Below, piece by piece: positions 1 through 10,810 of a DNA stretch of 64,000 nt (the stretch's first letter is position 1; each line of letters starts with the position of its first letter). This DNA comes from Lingula anatina (lineage: Eukaryota > Animalia > Brachiopoda), in assembly GCA_051362555.1 (NCBI GenBank), contig CM120640.1:53546788-53610787 (forward strand). Reading direction: 5' to 3'. A program made the position numbers and the translations under genes. The notes beneath the pieces are model-generated. The model was given only the letters and a program-made list of their open reading frames with translations, was not told where the DNA came from and made no database searches.

Positions 1-86
1 CGAACCATAATGCGTTTACGTTTTACAAAACTTAATAAATTATTTCAAAGACACCAACCATTATGCTGTTTATAACTATTTTTTAG

Positions 87-1690
87 GGTTATATGAGGAA
101 AGTCATGGCATTATTGGCAACACAATGTATGATCCAATATTTGATGAAGTATTTTCTATCAAGGCAAGAACAGGCAAGGAGGGGCGGTGGTGGGGTGGAG
201 AACCAATATGGCTGACAGTAAAGAAGCAGCACAAAGTGAGTGGTACTTACTTCTGGCCTGGCAGTGATGTCAGCATTCAAAATGAAAATGCTAACATGTG
301 GTTCAACTACAACCAAAACACCCCATATGAGGACAGAGTGAACAAAATGGTGAGCTGGTTTAAAGGAGAAGACAAAATTCAAGACAAACCAACATCTTTT
401 AATTTTGTTGCCATGTACTACCATGAACCAGATTTTAGTGGTCACCAACATGGTCCAGACTCAGCTGAGGTGGAACAGGCAGTCAAGGATGTTGACAGGC
501 TTATAGGATATCTTCTAAACAAACTGAGAGCCAATAATCTACTGGAAGTGGTTAATATCATAATTACCAGTGACCATGGGATGACTAAGATGAGTCAAGA
601 CAAGATTATAACACTTACAGACTATGTCACCGTCTCTGATGTTGAGAGAGTGCCAGACCATGGTCCTATATGTAATATTCTACCCAACAAAAAAGACCAG
701 GATGCTAAACAGAGGTTGTATAATCAGCTGAAGGATGCCCACCCTAATATGACTGTGTACTTGAAGGAAGACATTCCAGACATCTTTCATTATAAAAACA
801 ATAGGAGAGTTATGCCTATCCTAGCAATAGCAGATGAAGGATGGGTCATCAGATGGGTAGGTCAAACTATGATGTCCTTAACACTCTTCAGTTCTTATTT
901 ACAATGCTGATAAAGAATATAGTCTGGTATCATCAGTGATTTTTCTTTTACTTTCTACTGTAAAACATTTGTGTTACAATATAAATATAATTCATATTTG
1001 TAAGTATAATTTATATTTATATTAAATAATAACAAAGGCTATCTAACTACCATAGAACCATTTTATTGTAAAATTATAGTCTGTCCTGATCAAAATTTCT
1101 AAAACAACATTCGACCTTTCCAGAACCAGAGTTTCATGTTCCCAGGCAATGGTACCCATGGTTACGACAACAGGTATATGTCTATGAAACCCATATTCAT
1201 GGCCATGGGGCCCAACTTCAAAGAAGGAATTACTGTGAACCCATTCAAACAAGTGGATATCTACCCACTCATGTGTCAGTTGCTGAATGTACAGCCTGCA
1301 GCCAATAATGGCTCTCTGGCAAGTGTTTCCAGCATGCTTAGAAACACTCCAAGTGAAGTGCACTGGCCACCTTTGCCAAAATCTGAAGAAACTACAGCTC
1401 AACCAGACAATGACGGTAGTTCAGAAGTAAATCAACCACTACCTAGAACATCCAGTCCCATTGAAGTTGAACAGCCACCTTTGCCAAAATCTGAAGAAAC
1501 TACAGCTCAACCAGACATTGACAGTAGTTCAAAAGTAAATCAACCACTACCTAGAACATCCAGTCCCATTGAAGTTGAGCAGCCAATTTCTACTACCCCA
1601 ATGTCAAGCCAAGCACACACTCATGGACTACATCATGTGGACATACTGTTAAAATTTATGTGCTCTTTTTCTATTACTTTGTTGATATAG
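87..1690 (+). CDS. Ectonucleotide pyrophosphatase/phosphodiesterase (ENPP4/5/6/7-like), last two coding exons 87-856 and 1124-1690; 5' exons lie outside the window
   Basis: Acceptor ttttAG at 85-86. Translation gives (T)GLYEESHGIIGN, WWGGEPIW, YYHEPDFSGHQHGPDS, TSDHGM and HGYDN, the NPP/alkaline-phosphatase-superfamily Zn-ligand motifs. Donor GTAGGT at 857 and acceptor cAG at 1121-1123 join in phase 0. A Ser/Thr/Pro-rich stalk and hydrophobic tail precede TAG at 1688-1690. Confidence 0.92.
1367..1585 (+). repeat. Coding tandem duplication, 2 x 108 bp (36 aa), in the ENPP stalk
   Basis: PPLPKSEETTAQPD(N/I)D(G/S)SS(E/K)VNQPLPRTSSPIEVEQ occurs twice; copies start at 1367 and 1475. Confidence 0.95.
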
Positions 1691-2183
1691 TCAGAAGTCA
1701 TAGTGCCCAAATCAAATGTTTCTTTAGTAAGCTATTGAACTGTAAGCAAACATTATCTGTTTGGCAATGAATGTTATCTTAACAGTGTAAAGGACCTTCA
1801 TTGTTTCGATTTTTTCAGAGTCTGTGCAAGGCAATTTTACCCTTTGTAATTATGATATTTCTACCTTTTTGATATTTCTACCTGAAAAATGATATTTTAA
1901 ATGACCTGAAATGCTGAGAAATCTCTCAACATTAAGGTTTACTATACTGGATTTTCAAACCAAATCACTTTAAAAAGCTCAGTTCTAAATGAAACATGAT
2001 TCATTTAGACTGCCACGTCTTCCTGATATTTTAGAAAGAAATATTAAAACACATATTCATGACCATAAAGTACATCAGGTATTTTAGTTTGAGGGGTTTT
2101 ACTGTTTCTAAGGTCAGAATTGGAAAAGGTAAGTTGCTTTGCAATGTATTTTTCACATTCTGAAATGCATATAGTATACCTTT

Positions 2184-2370
2184 CAGGCCCGTAGCTAGCA
2201 ATTTCAAACGGGAGTTCTTTTTCTGAAAAAGTGGACCTTTTACCATGAAACCTTCATATACATAGATAAAATTTTACCCAGAGGGGACCCTCTGCCCAGC
2301 AAAAAGGGAGGGGGGCCTTGAAAAGAGGGGTTCTTTTGAACCCCTCGGACTCCTCCTGGCTACGGGCCTG
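2184..2370. mobile_element. MITE, hAT-like, CAGGCCCGTAGC TIRs, apparent 5-bp TSD CCTTT
   Basis: caggcccgtagc at 2184 and gctacgggcctg ending at 2370, with ccttt on both flanks. A related 5' end occurs at 15360-15392 (cagggctgtagccagcaatttcaaaaggaagtt). Confidence 0.75.
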
Positions 2371-2754
2371 CCTTTAATTGTGATAAGAAAAAAGGTGTGG
2401 GGTAAATTCCAAATATGTACATTAAAAGGCAATTTGTATAACTTTAGTAATCCTTCAAACATAACAACGAAAATAGACAAAAAATCAAACTTTTTTCCAA
2501 CCAATGATTCATTGAATAAAAAAATCAAATGCATTACATACATTCTTCAGCCAAATTCTCATTATCTTTAAAACTGATTGAAAAAACTCTATTCTCTCGA
2601 GTTTAAGTGTCTAGTCAAATACTGTTTTAATTTTTTCTACGTAAAGGATATAACATGTAAAATGAGGCATTCTTGAAAATTAAAGATTATCATTGAAAAA
2701 TCTACACAATAAAAGCAAATTACAGCAAAAATATTAAAATTAAATTTTACTTAC

Positions 2755-5700
2755 AGAATCTCCAGTTTTTGCAGACACAAAATGACTTGACATTCCATTT
2801 TCTTGGGCAAACTTTTGATGCTTGTCTAATTTTACAGTTCTCATATGTTCTAAGTCAACTGAAAATGAAAAAAAAAACAAACAAACATAAAAACCAATTG
2901 AAGTTTCTGCACTGATTCCTCTAGCTACAGACAAAAAATCAAACTACATCAACCAACACTTATTAATAATATATCAATATTGATAAATCTGACAAATCAA
3001 CGACATAAGCATAAAAATGCAAGTCAATCTATCAATACTGGAACTCAAGTCTAAAAAAGTCATCCCGGCACGTGTGCTGAAGTCAGGCCTCAGTTTTCGT
3101 AAGAGGTGTGACTATAATGACTGTGTGAATGATACATAAGATACCCCCATTAGTTTTCCAAACAGAGAATTAGCCAGGAATGGACTGACTGGAAGTGTAA
3201 TTATAAAATCTGGGAGTGTAATAGCCATGAGGTCCAACGGACCGAGACGCAGCCAGAGGCCCGGGAGGGGGTCCTCCTCCAAGAAAATTTGGATTTTTAG
3301 GAGCCATTTGGTGCATTCTAGTGACATTTGGATATTAAATTTAACAAAATTTGGCCCTATAATTGTGCCCCCCCAGAAAATTTTATCAAATTTAATAATT
3401 TCAATGAATAATTGGAATGGCAATTACAAATTATATTCCAATCTGGAAAAATTATGTTTTGACTATTAAACATAACAAAAACACAATATCTAGACAAATT
3501 TAATTACCTTTGATTTTATACACGTAGTTTAACATATTTTAACCATTTAGAGTAATCTCTGTCACCAGTTTGTCGACTAAACTGTTTTAAGGTCAAACCA
3601 TTTTCATTTGGGTCTTAAAACACAATAAAATATTGAAATTAACATTATGCAAAATATTATCAATGTTACAATTTGATATTCTGTGGGATCATTAGGTACC
3701 TCACTTTTCAGAACATGCTGCAAGTACTGATACTCGAAATGTGTGGGATGATTGTATTTATGTTATCTTACTTTGTTTTTTGTTTTACGAACAAAATTTT
3801 TGTCTATGTGAGTGTGTGTCATGTGTATGAATGTGTGATGTATGCAAACCTCATAGGTGAGAGCATCCTGATCAAGCAATGTTTAGGGTCAAATGACATG
3901 TGGGTTAATGTATGTATGGGGTTGTATGTTTGTGAAGTGATGCATAATTGGAGCACTACACCAGATATGAATGAATATATTATCATGATATCTGCATGTA
4001 TAACTGTGATGTGGACTTGCTTACTCTACAAAATATTTTACACCGATATAACGAGCCATATATTCCATAGATATACACAATCTATGGATGTCATCTGCGT
4101 ACTGGATTACTTAAAAGTATTATAATTCACAAAAATGTTATTTAATCTATGAGTTTGCATATCGTTAGTTTGAATTGTAGGGGTCTTGGAGGTACTCAAA
4201 AGAGAAGAGACGTCCTGAACTATTTGAAACAACAGAAATACTCAATATATTGTATCCAAGATACCCACTTTACAGAGAGGGACAAATCAAAAGTACATTC
4301 CTTGTGGGGATATAAAACCCTTCTGAGCCCTGGCAAATCAAATTCAAGAGGTACGGCAATCCTTTTCAACAATAACTTTGAATTTAAAATAATGAGAACG
4401 TTGTTCGGAAAAGATGGAAATTATTTGATTATCGAAATTGAAGTTGAAAATAATTACTCTGTTTTACTTATTAATTTATATGGACCAAACAAAGATGACC
4501 CGGAATTTTTTGTTCACCTCGGAAATATCATAGAAGATTTTGAGGGTCACTTTGTGATAATGATGGGGGACTTTAACCTAGTTCAAGATAGTGATTTAGA
4601 TTATTATAATTACAGACGTGTTAATAATCCCCAAGCAAGAGATGCTCTCTTACGGCTGAAAACTAAATTCAATTTGATAGACCCATGGAGAGCTCAACAT
4701 GAACAGAGGAAACAATTCACTTGGTCCTCTAATAACCCTGTAAAAAGAGCTAGGCTTGACTTTTTCCTTATTTCTAACGAACTCATGAATCTTGTTGATC
4801 AAACTGAGATAACTTATGGATACCGAACAGACCACGCAATGATACACCTGAAACTTACTCTCTCTGAGCAGAAAAAAGGGAAAGGTTTCTGGAAAATGAA
4901 TAACAGCCTTCTAAAAGATTTTGAGTATATAAGAGGAGTAAAGAAAATAATTGAGGATCTAAAATATCAATATTGTGCCAGTCCATATAACAAAGCAGAG
5001 TTATGTAAAATTAGTGACAATGATCTGGACTTTCTTGTGGATGAGCAAGCATTTTTTGAACAGATATTATTACAGGTTAGAGGCTATACCATTGCCTATA
5101 GTTCAGCAAAGAAAAAGGAGAAAAATATAAGAATGAAGACCCTGGCTGAAAAAATTAAGAAATTATATTCCATGTATACAGATAACCCCACATCGAATTT
5201 AGAAAACCAGCTCCAGACTCTGAAACTAGAGGAAGAAGAAATGAGACATGAACATATTAGAGGGGTCTATATAAGAACCAAAGTAAAATGGTCAGAGGAA
5301 GGGGAAAAACCAACTAAATATTTTTTATCCCTGGAAAAAAGAAATTTTGTAAATAAAACTGTAAAGAAAATCATAAGGGAGACAGGTCGTATTATTACCG
5401 ATCAAGCAGAAATTTTGAAAGAAATAAGAGATTTCTATAACCATCTTTACTCGAAACAAGATAACTACTCTGAAATTTTTGATTGGAATAATATAATCGA
5501 TAAAGATAAAATAAACATATTAGATGACAGTACGGCTAGGCAATTAGAGGGAACAATTACTTATCAGGAAGCTCTAATAGCCTTAAAAAGTATGAAGAAC
5601 AACAAATCACCTGGCCCCGACGGTTTTTCTGTCGAATTTTTTAAATTTTTCTGGAATGATATAGGAACGTTTCTTGTGAGATCATATAATAAGGGGTTTG

Positions 5701-8243
5701 CTAAAGGTCACTTGTCCATTACCCAGAAACAAGGGGTTATTTCAATTTTACCCAAAGGGGATAAACCACGGGAATTTTTAGAAAATTGGAGGCCGATATC
5801 TCTCTTAAACATCTCATATAAAATCCTCTCTGCTTGTATTTCAAATAGATTAAAAAAAGTTTTACATTTGCTTATACATGAAAATCAAACGGGATTTTTG
5901 AAAGGACGGTTCATTGGTGAGAATACTAGAATTGTTTATGATGTTTTGCAAATTACAAAAGATAAAAAAATCCCAGGAATGATACTCTCAGTAGATTTCC
6001 TTAAAGCATTTGATAGCATATCTTGGGATTTTATGAAAAAAACTCTCTCGTTTTTTAATTTTGGTGATGACTTTAAAAAATGGATAAATGTTCTATATAA
6101 TGATCCTGAATTATGTGTAATACAAAATGGTATTTTCTCTAATTTCTTTAAAATTGGCAGAGGCTGCAGACAGGGAGACCCTGTATCACCCTACATTTTT
6201 AATTTATGTGTTGAGATCCTAGCTATTCTTATAAGACAAAACAATAACATAACAGGAATAAACTTGGGGAGGGTGGAAGTAAAACTATCTCAGTACGCAG
6301 ATGACACAGTGCTTTTTTTAGATGGCTCAGAGAAAAGTTTAAAGAGTGCACTCGACTTACTGTTTCAGTTTTCCAAGTACTCGGGGCTTAAGCCCAATAT
6401 TAGTAAGACTAAAGCCATATGGATTGGTTCAAAGGCCAACAGTAGAGAAATTATCTGTAAAGATAACAATCTTAAATGGACTAACAACCCTTTTAATATA
6501 TTAGGTATAGTTTTCACAGCTGATTTAGAACAAATGAATGAGTTGAATTATACCAGCAAGCTTCAGCAAATAGAATTTGAAATGTATCGGTGGGGAAAAA
6601 GAAATATTACTACTTTAGGTAAGATTACTGTAGTGAAGTCTTTAATTATTTCAAAAATAACACACCTACTGCTCTCTCTTCCGAGCCCTACCAAAGAGTG
6701 GCTGCAAAATTTACAAAATATGCTATTCAAATTTATTTGGCACGGTAAAACAGAAAAAGTTGCCCGTAAAACACTTATTCAGGACTATAAACAGGGAGGT
6801 TGCCGTATGATACATTTAGAATCCTTTGTGAGGGCGCTAAAAATTTCCTGGATTCGCAGATTAATAACCTCTGATAAAATAACAAATAAACTTTTTGCTG
6901 AAGCCACTGGATCGGATGTTCAGAGATTGACTCAGTTTGGACCAACTTATGCAAAGGAAATATCTAAAATTCGCAATTCTTTTTGGAGAGAAATCTTAAT
7001 ATACTTTTCAGAATATTCAGAAAAAATGGCAAGTAATAGCCTCGATGTCATTCTCAGAACTCCAATCTGGTATAATCCTGCTGTATTATCAGATGGCAGA
7101 AGAATTTTTTATAAGAATTTGTATGACAAAGGTTTCCATATTATCCAAGATTTATTTAACAGCGAAGGGAAATTCCTATCATTTGACTATTTTGTAGAAG
7201 AGTTTGAAATTCAGATTCCTTTTACTCTGTATTATGGATTAAGGCAAGCAACCTTTGGTGCCTACCCTGTGCTTAGATTTCTGAATGCTAACGTTATGTT
7301 GCCATTACCGCAGATCTCTAACCCAGTTAAAACATTATGTAACGATAAAAAAGGATGTAGAAGCATATATGACATTTGCATAAAAAGTCTCGGTCAGAGA
7401 CCAAAATGTGAAGAAAAATGGGAACAAGAGTTAGGTATCAAAATAGACTGGCAACTAACGTATACCAATGCCCTGGTTAAAGTTAAAGAAATAAGATTGA
7501 AATGGTTTAATTTCAGAATAATCCACAGAATTTTGGGTACCAAAGAGTTGCTGTTTAAATACCATATGATCGAGAATCCTCTTTGTAGTTTGTGTAACAA
7601 ACAGGCTGAAACGATAAAGCATCTATTTATGGACTGTGAATTAGTGAAGCTTTTCTGGACAGAGGTTGAACTATGGTTAAGTCAAATTACAGGAAATGTC
7701 TTCAAAATACTGCCATCTGATCTCATTTTTGGAAGTAGCGATAAAGTTAAAAACCTTGTAATTCTTCATTCTAAATTTTTTATTTTCAAAAGTACAAAAT
7801 TAAATTCTAGATTGCTACTTAAACCGGAACTTAAATCTACTTTAATGAGTATAGCAAATCAAAACATATAGTTATTGTTTCAGTTTGTCTTTTTTACTTT
7901 TTATTACTTATTAGTTTACTTCTAATTATACATGTATATAAATCTGTATATATTTGTTTGTATATAAAAAGGGTGTGCGTGCTAGTGTGTGTGAGGTTGG
8001 GTATGTGTGAGTGTGTGCAGGAGCCTTTATTTAAATAAAAATTAAAAAATTGTGATAAAAATAGATAAGTCACTCTGGTACACTTCAAATGTTATCAATT
8101 CCTTATCAACCTGAATGTTTAACGTACCATAAAAAATTTAATTAATATAACATAGTATATTTTCTCTTAAGTGTGAGAGTGGGAGTGACTGTAGTTTTCT
8201 TTTTTGTACTACATATATGCTGTATTTGTGAAGTATTGTGTCA

Positions 8244-8280
<37 letters not shown>

Positions 8281-10462
8281 TGAAATTGGCTTTGAAAACC
8301 ACGTTTTGTGCTGATGGCAGCATTGTACTTTTAGTGTACTATCGGTGGCAAGTTGACATACTTTTATTCAACACACATGTAGCAACAGAGACTCCGGGTG
8401 GCATACGTTGATGAGCTACTTTTATTGTTTTTGTTTTTGTTTACCCAGGAAACGATCTTTTTCTGGGTTTTAAACACAATATTGTGTATTATTTATCGTG
8501 AATATAGAATGTATTGAAAATACACGGCTTCATCATGGGCCGTGATTTGAAAAACTAAATGTGTCTCATGAAAAATGGCCGTGCAAAACACGGCTACAAG
8601 GCTGGCTGGCTAATTCTGTTTCCAAATAAATTACTGAACAGCTTCTGAAGCTGTTCAGTTATTTATTCGGAAAACTAATGGGCCTTCTACTTACCTTTGT
8701 TGCCTACTAAAGCTCTATGGGGCATTTTCCCTTCATTTTCAAATACCCTCCTTACAACAACCAGCCAGTCTTCCAAATTTTCAAAACTGGAGTAATTTGT
8801 TATATCATATACTAGTAATACACCCTGAAGATGGAAAAAAAGATCTTATGATTTTATCAAGCGTGACACCTGATATTCACACATTAATGTGTAGTTGGTG
8901 AGTTTTTGCTTAACATTATTCAATATGACGCAAACAAGGGGTTCTCAACTAACATGCAAGGAAAATTACCTTTACACTTACACTAATAAATATAAAATTT
9001 GGATAATTGGCACCTCAAATGGCCTGCAAGTTCAATATCTACAACAAAATACTAGTGAAGATAGTGTTTGAAACAATATCAGATAGTAAAAATTGTTATC
9101 TCTTGACATTTTTACTGACATTTTTTTTAGATTATAGACACTGGTATCTTAAACATTAATAACTAAAATTCATATCTTTTAGCACAGGCCTTGCTACTTT
9201 TAACATTATCAACATTCATAAGTATGCTTTCAAACAGCTATTCTTACATGAGCTCCGTATAGATATTTGTCCAGCATGCCTCCTCCTAAAGTTTGTCCTC
9301 CAATATCCCATACTTGCAATGCTACATTTACATTACCTAGAAAATAATATTGTGTGTCATGGTTACAGGTAAATTAATTTTGAGTCTACTGGGAAGGGTT
9401 CAGAAATTTACAGACGACCAAGATCAAAATTAAGATTCTATAATGTTTTTTAAAAAGTTTTAAGTTCCATCAGTTGGTAGATATTAGAGTTCAAAAGTTC
9501 TTTTGCCACAAACTTAGAATCTAACGTGGAATTGAAACGAAGTGACAGTGGCTTTATCTATCAGTCTAGTATCCCAGTAATTGGAGCTGTTCCCCTCTAT
9601 ATAGACTAGTGACACAACGTCATCTGTGTCACTCTGAGACTGATGAATATGGCACATTGAAATATTTCATGTGATTGACATTTTTTTCTAAGTTTGTGAC
9701 AAAAGAGCTTTGATTTCAATATTCTACAATCTTTTTCATGTTCAGACTCATTCACAATGTCAGTTCTAGTATGCTTACCTGGTAGAACTATTCTTCTCAG
9801 AAAAAAATCAATCCCAACTGTCTGTTTGTATTGTTTTCCAAACTGTTCTTGTGCATACCTTGTGGTTAGGGAAGTCTAATAATTGAAGAAAAAATATTAT
9901 GTATAGTACTTAAATCTAAACAGGAAGTACAAGGAACATTTTGTGAGACCAATGGACTGAATTAAGTATAAGCTAGTAAATATCATGCCTCACATTTATT
10001 TTTAATCCAAACTTTTGAAGAATCATTTACCAAATTCCAAATTTACACATTTCTGAAATATTCTGTTAGTTTAGTCACAATATTAAGTAGCAATTTCACA
10101 GTATCATATAAACTTCTAATCATTATAAAAAGAGCCAATTCATTATTGTCTTTTTTAATTCATAGTAGAACTCCACTGTCGTTGTCACTTCATTCTCTCC
10201 ATGAGACTTTACGTAGATCCAATAGTATGTTGTTCATTGTATGTTCATAAAAAAACAAAGTTATGACGGATAAGGATCAGTTTAGAATACTAGTGATAGA
10301 TTGTACTTGACTGTCATTAATTCATTGCATTGGTGACATCGTTAGTCGGCTCATGAATGTTTTTGACATAACATTGTTCTTTCGTACCTTCCCTGACGCA
10401 CCATCCCCAATTATAACAATCTTCAACTGCTTGTCGATACTTTCGTCCTCCGAATCTGACAT
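2755..10462 (-). CDS. RAB28: Ras-related protein Rab-28, coding exons 1-5: 10388-10462, 9779-9875, 9248-9336, 8695-8824, 2755-2858; 3' exons outside the window
   Basis: Spliced translation: [25 protein letters not shown]|[33 protein letters not shown]|[29 protein letters not shown]|[20 protein letters not shown]...LVGNK|[10 protein letters not shown]...[10 protein letters not shown]. The GDGASGKT, WDIGGQ and NKxD motifs are Rab28-typical. All introns are GT-AG with matching phases. Confidence 0.96.
3641..8277 (+). mobile_element. L1/Tx1-clade non-LTR retrotransposon with no ORF1 (probably 5'-truncated), antisense within Rab28 intron 4
   Basis: 14-bp TSD AAAATATTGAAATT at 3627-3640 and 8274-8287. 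AATAAA at 8243 runs directly into a 32-nt poly(A) (8246-8277). The element contains an intact EN-RT ORF. Confidence 0.93.
4149..7871 (+). CDS. LINE ORF2: APE-type endonuclease + reverse transcriptase + C-terminal Cys/His zinc-binding motif (1240 aa)
   Basis: Endonuclease motifs SLNCRGL, CIQDTH, NLYGPN, GDFN, RLDFFL, TDH. RT motifs [35 protein letters not shown]-terminal [18 protein letters not shown]. No internal stop codons. Confidence 0.95.
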   Translation: MSLHIVSLNCRGLGGTQKRRDVLNYLKQQKYSIYCIQDTHFTERDKSKVHSLWGYKTLLSPGKSNSRGTAILFNNNFEFKIMRTLFGKDGNYLIIEIEVENNYSVLLINLYGPNKDDPEFFVHLGNIIEDFEGHFVIMMGDFNLVQDSDLDYYNYRRVNNPQARDALLRLKTKFNLIDPWRAQHEQRKQFTWSSNNPVKRARLDFFLISNELMNLVDQTEITYGYRTDHAMIHLKLTLSEQKKGKGFWKMNNSLLKDFEYIRGVKKIIEDLKYQYCASPYNKAELCKISDNDLDFLVDEQAFFEQILLQVRGYTIAYSSAKKKEKNIRMKTLAEKIKKLYSMYTDNPTSNLENQLQTLKLEEEEMRHEHIRGVYIRTKVKWSEEGEKPTKYFLSLEKRNFVNKTVKKIIRETGRIITDQAEILKEIRDFYNHLYSKQDNYSEIFDWNNIIDKDKINILDDSTARQLEGTITYQEALIALKSMKNNKSPGPDGFSVEFFKFFWNDIGTFLVRSYNKGFAKGHLSITQKQGVISILPKGDKPREFLENWRPISLLNISYKILSACISNRLKKVLHLLIHENQTGFLKGRFIGENTRIVYDVLQITKDKKIPGMILSVDFLKAFDSISWDFMKKTLSFFNFGDDFKKWINVLYNDPELCVIQNGIFSNFFKIGRGCRQGDPVSPYIFNLCVEILAILIRQNNNITGINLGRVEVKLSQYADDTVLFLDGSEKSLKSALDLLFQFSKYSGLKPNISKTKAIWIGSKANSREIICKDNNLKWTNNPFNILGIVFTADLEQMNELNYTSKLQQIEFEMYRWGKRNITTLGKITVVKSLIISKITHLLLSLPSPTKEWLQNLQNMLFKFIWHGKTEKVARKTLIQDYKQGGCRMIHLESFVRALKISWIRRLITSDKITNKLFAEATGSDVQRLTQFGPTYAKEISKIRNSFWREILIYFSEYSEKMASNSLDVILRTPIWYNPAVLSDGRRIFYKNLYDKGFHIIQDLFNSEGKFLSFDYFVEEFEIQIPFTLYYGLRQATFGAYPVLRFLNANVMLPLPQISNPVKTLCNDKKGCRSIYDICIKSLGQRPKCEEKWEQELGIKIDWQLTYTNALVKVKEIRLKWFNFRIIHRILGTKELLFKYHMIENPLCSLCNKQAETIKHLFMDCELVKLFWTEVELWLSQITGNVFKILPSDLIFGSSDKVKNLVILHSKFFIFKSTKLNSRLLLKPELKSTLMSIANQNI
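8619..8684. repeat. Near-perfect palindrome (mini-MITE); the start of its left arm is displaced to 3146-3162 by the later insertions
   Basis: Removing the hAT element and one TSD restores cccattagttttccaaataaattactgaacagcttc-t-gaagctgttcagttatttattcggaaaactaatggg, a hairpin of about 70 bp. Confidence 0.75.
9477..9727. mobile_element. Degenerate inverted-repeat MITE in Rab28 intron 2
   Basis: gtagatattagagttcaaaagttcttttgccacaaacttag matches the reverse complement of ctaagtttgtgacaaaagagctttgatttcaatattctac (imperfect TIR of about 40 bp). Confidence 0.55.
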
Positions 10463-10499
10463 TATTTACAGGTATTGCACTTACAACTTGCAAACCATC

Positions 10500-10810
10500 G
10501 GCTTTGGCAGTCAAATATTTGGTTCTGTTTTTCTCGTGACGTCATGTGTTTCTACGAGAATGCGATATAAACATTTTATTAGGACTGTGTCAAAATTTAA
10601 TATCCAGTGCACTAGAAAATGTATTGTAGTAAATGTGTACACTTAACAATTGATTTTGAATCATTTATGAGTCAATTTAGACACATTTTTGTCTTTTTGT
10701 GTCTTTACAAACCTTCGTCCTTGACCTTTATATGGATAGCCTTTACCAATAGGCGGAAGTTTAAACAAGATAAGCCAAACTCGTGTTGGTAAAGTACGCG
10801 CTGTAGATCG
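10500..10810 (-). promoter_or_regulatory. Probable Rab28 proximal promoter (locally CpG-enriched) with CRE, CCAAT and ETS-like sites
   Basis: Lies immediately 5' of the Rab28 ATG. Palindromic TGACGTCA at 10537-10544; CCAAT followed by GGCGGAAGT at about 10746-10760. Function is inferred from position and motif only. Confidence 0.45.

Larger units (their letters stand above)
3163..8618. mobile_element. Non-autonomous hAT-like element (about 810 bp: 3163-3640 plus 8288-8618) interrupted by the LINE
   Basis: TIRs cagagaattagccag (3163) and ctggctaattctg (ends 8618). An identical 8-bp TSD TTTCCAAA lies at 3155-3162 and 8619-8626. Confidence 0.8.

Noticed and set aside
2031-2246. Minus-strand ORF containing YAFQNV as the missing Rab28 exon 6
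   Set aside because: It has no further similarity to the Rab28 C-terminal helix and its 5' part overlaps a MITE.
3673-4125. 150-aa ORF upstream of LINE ORF2 as a possible ORF1
   Set aside because: It starts at TTG and has a Cys/Val/Met-rich composition caused by TG-rich sequence, with no coiled-coil, RRM or zinc-knuckle features.
10545-10565. RFX X-box expected for a ciliary gene such as Rab28 (gtttctacgagaat)
   Set aside because: Only a half-site matches; there are too many mismatches to the GTTNCY-AT-RGNAAC consensus.
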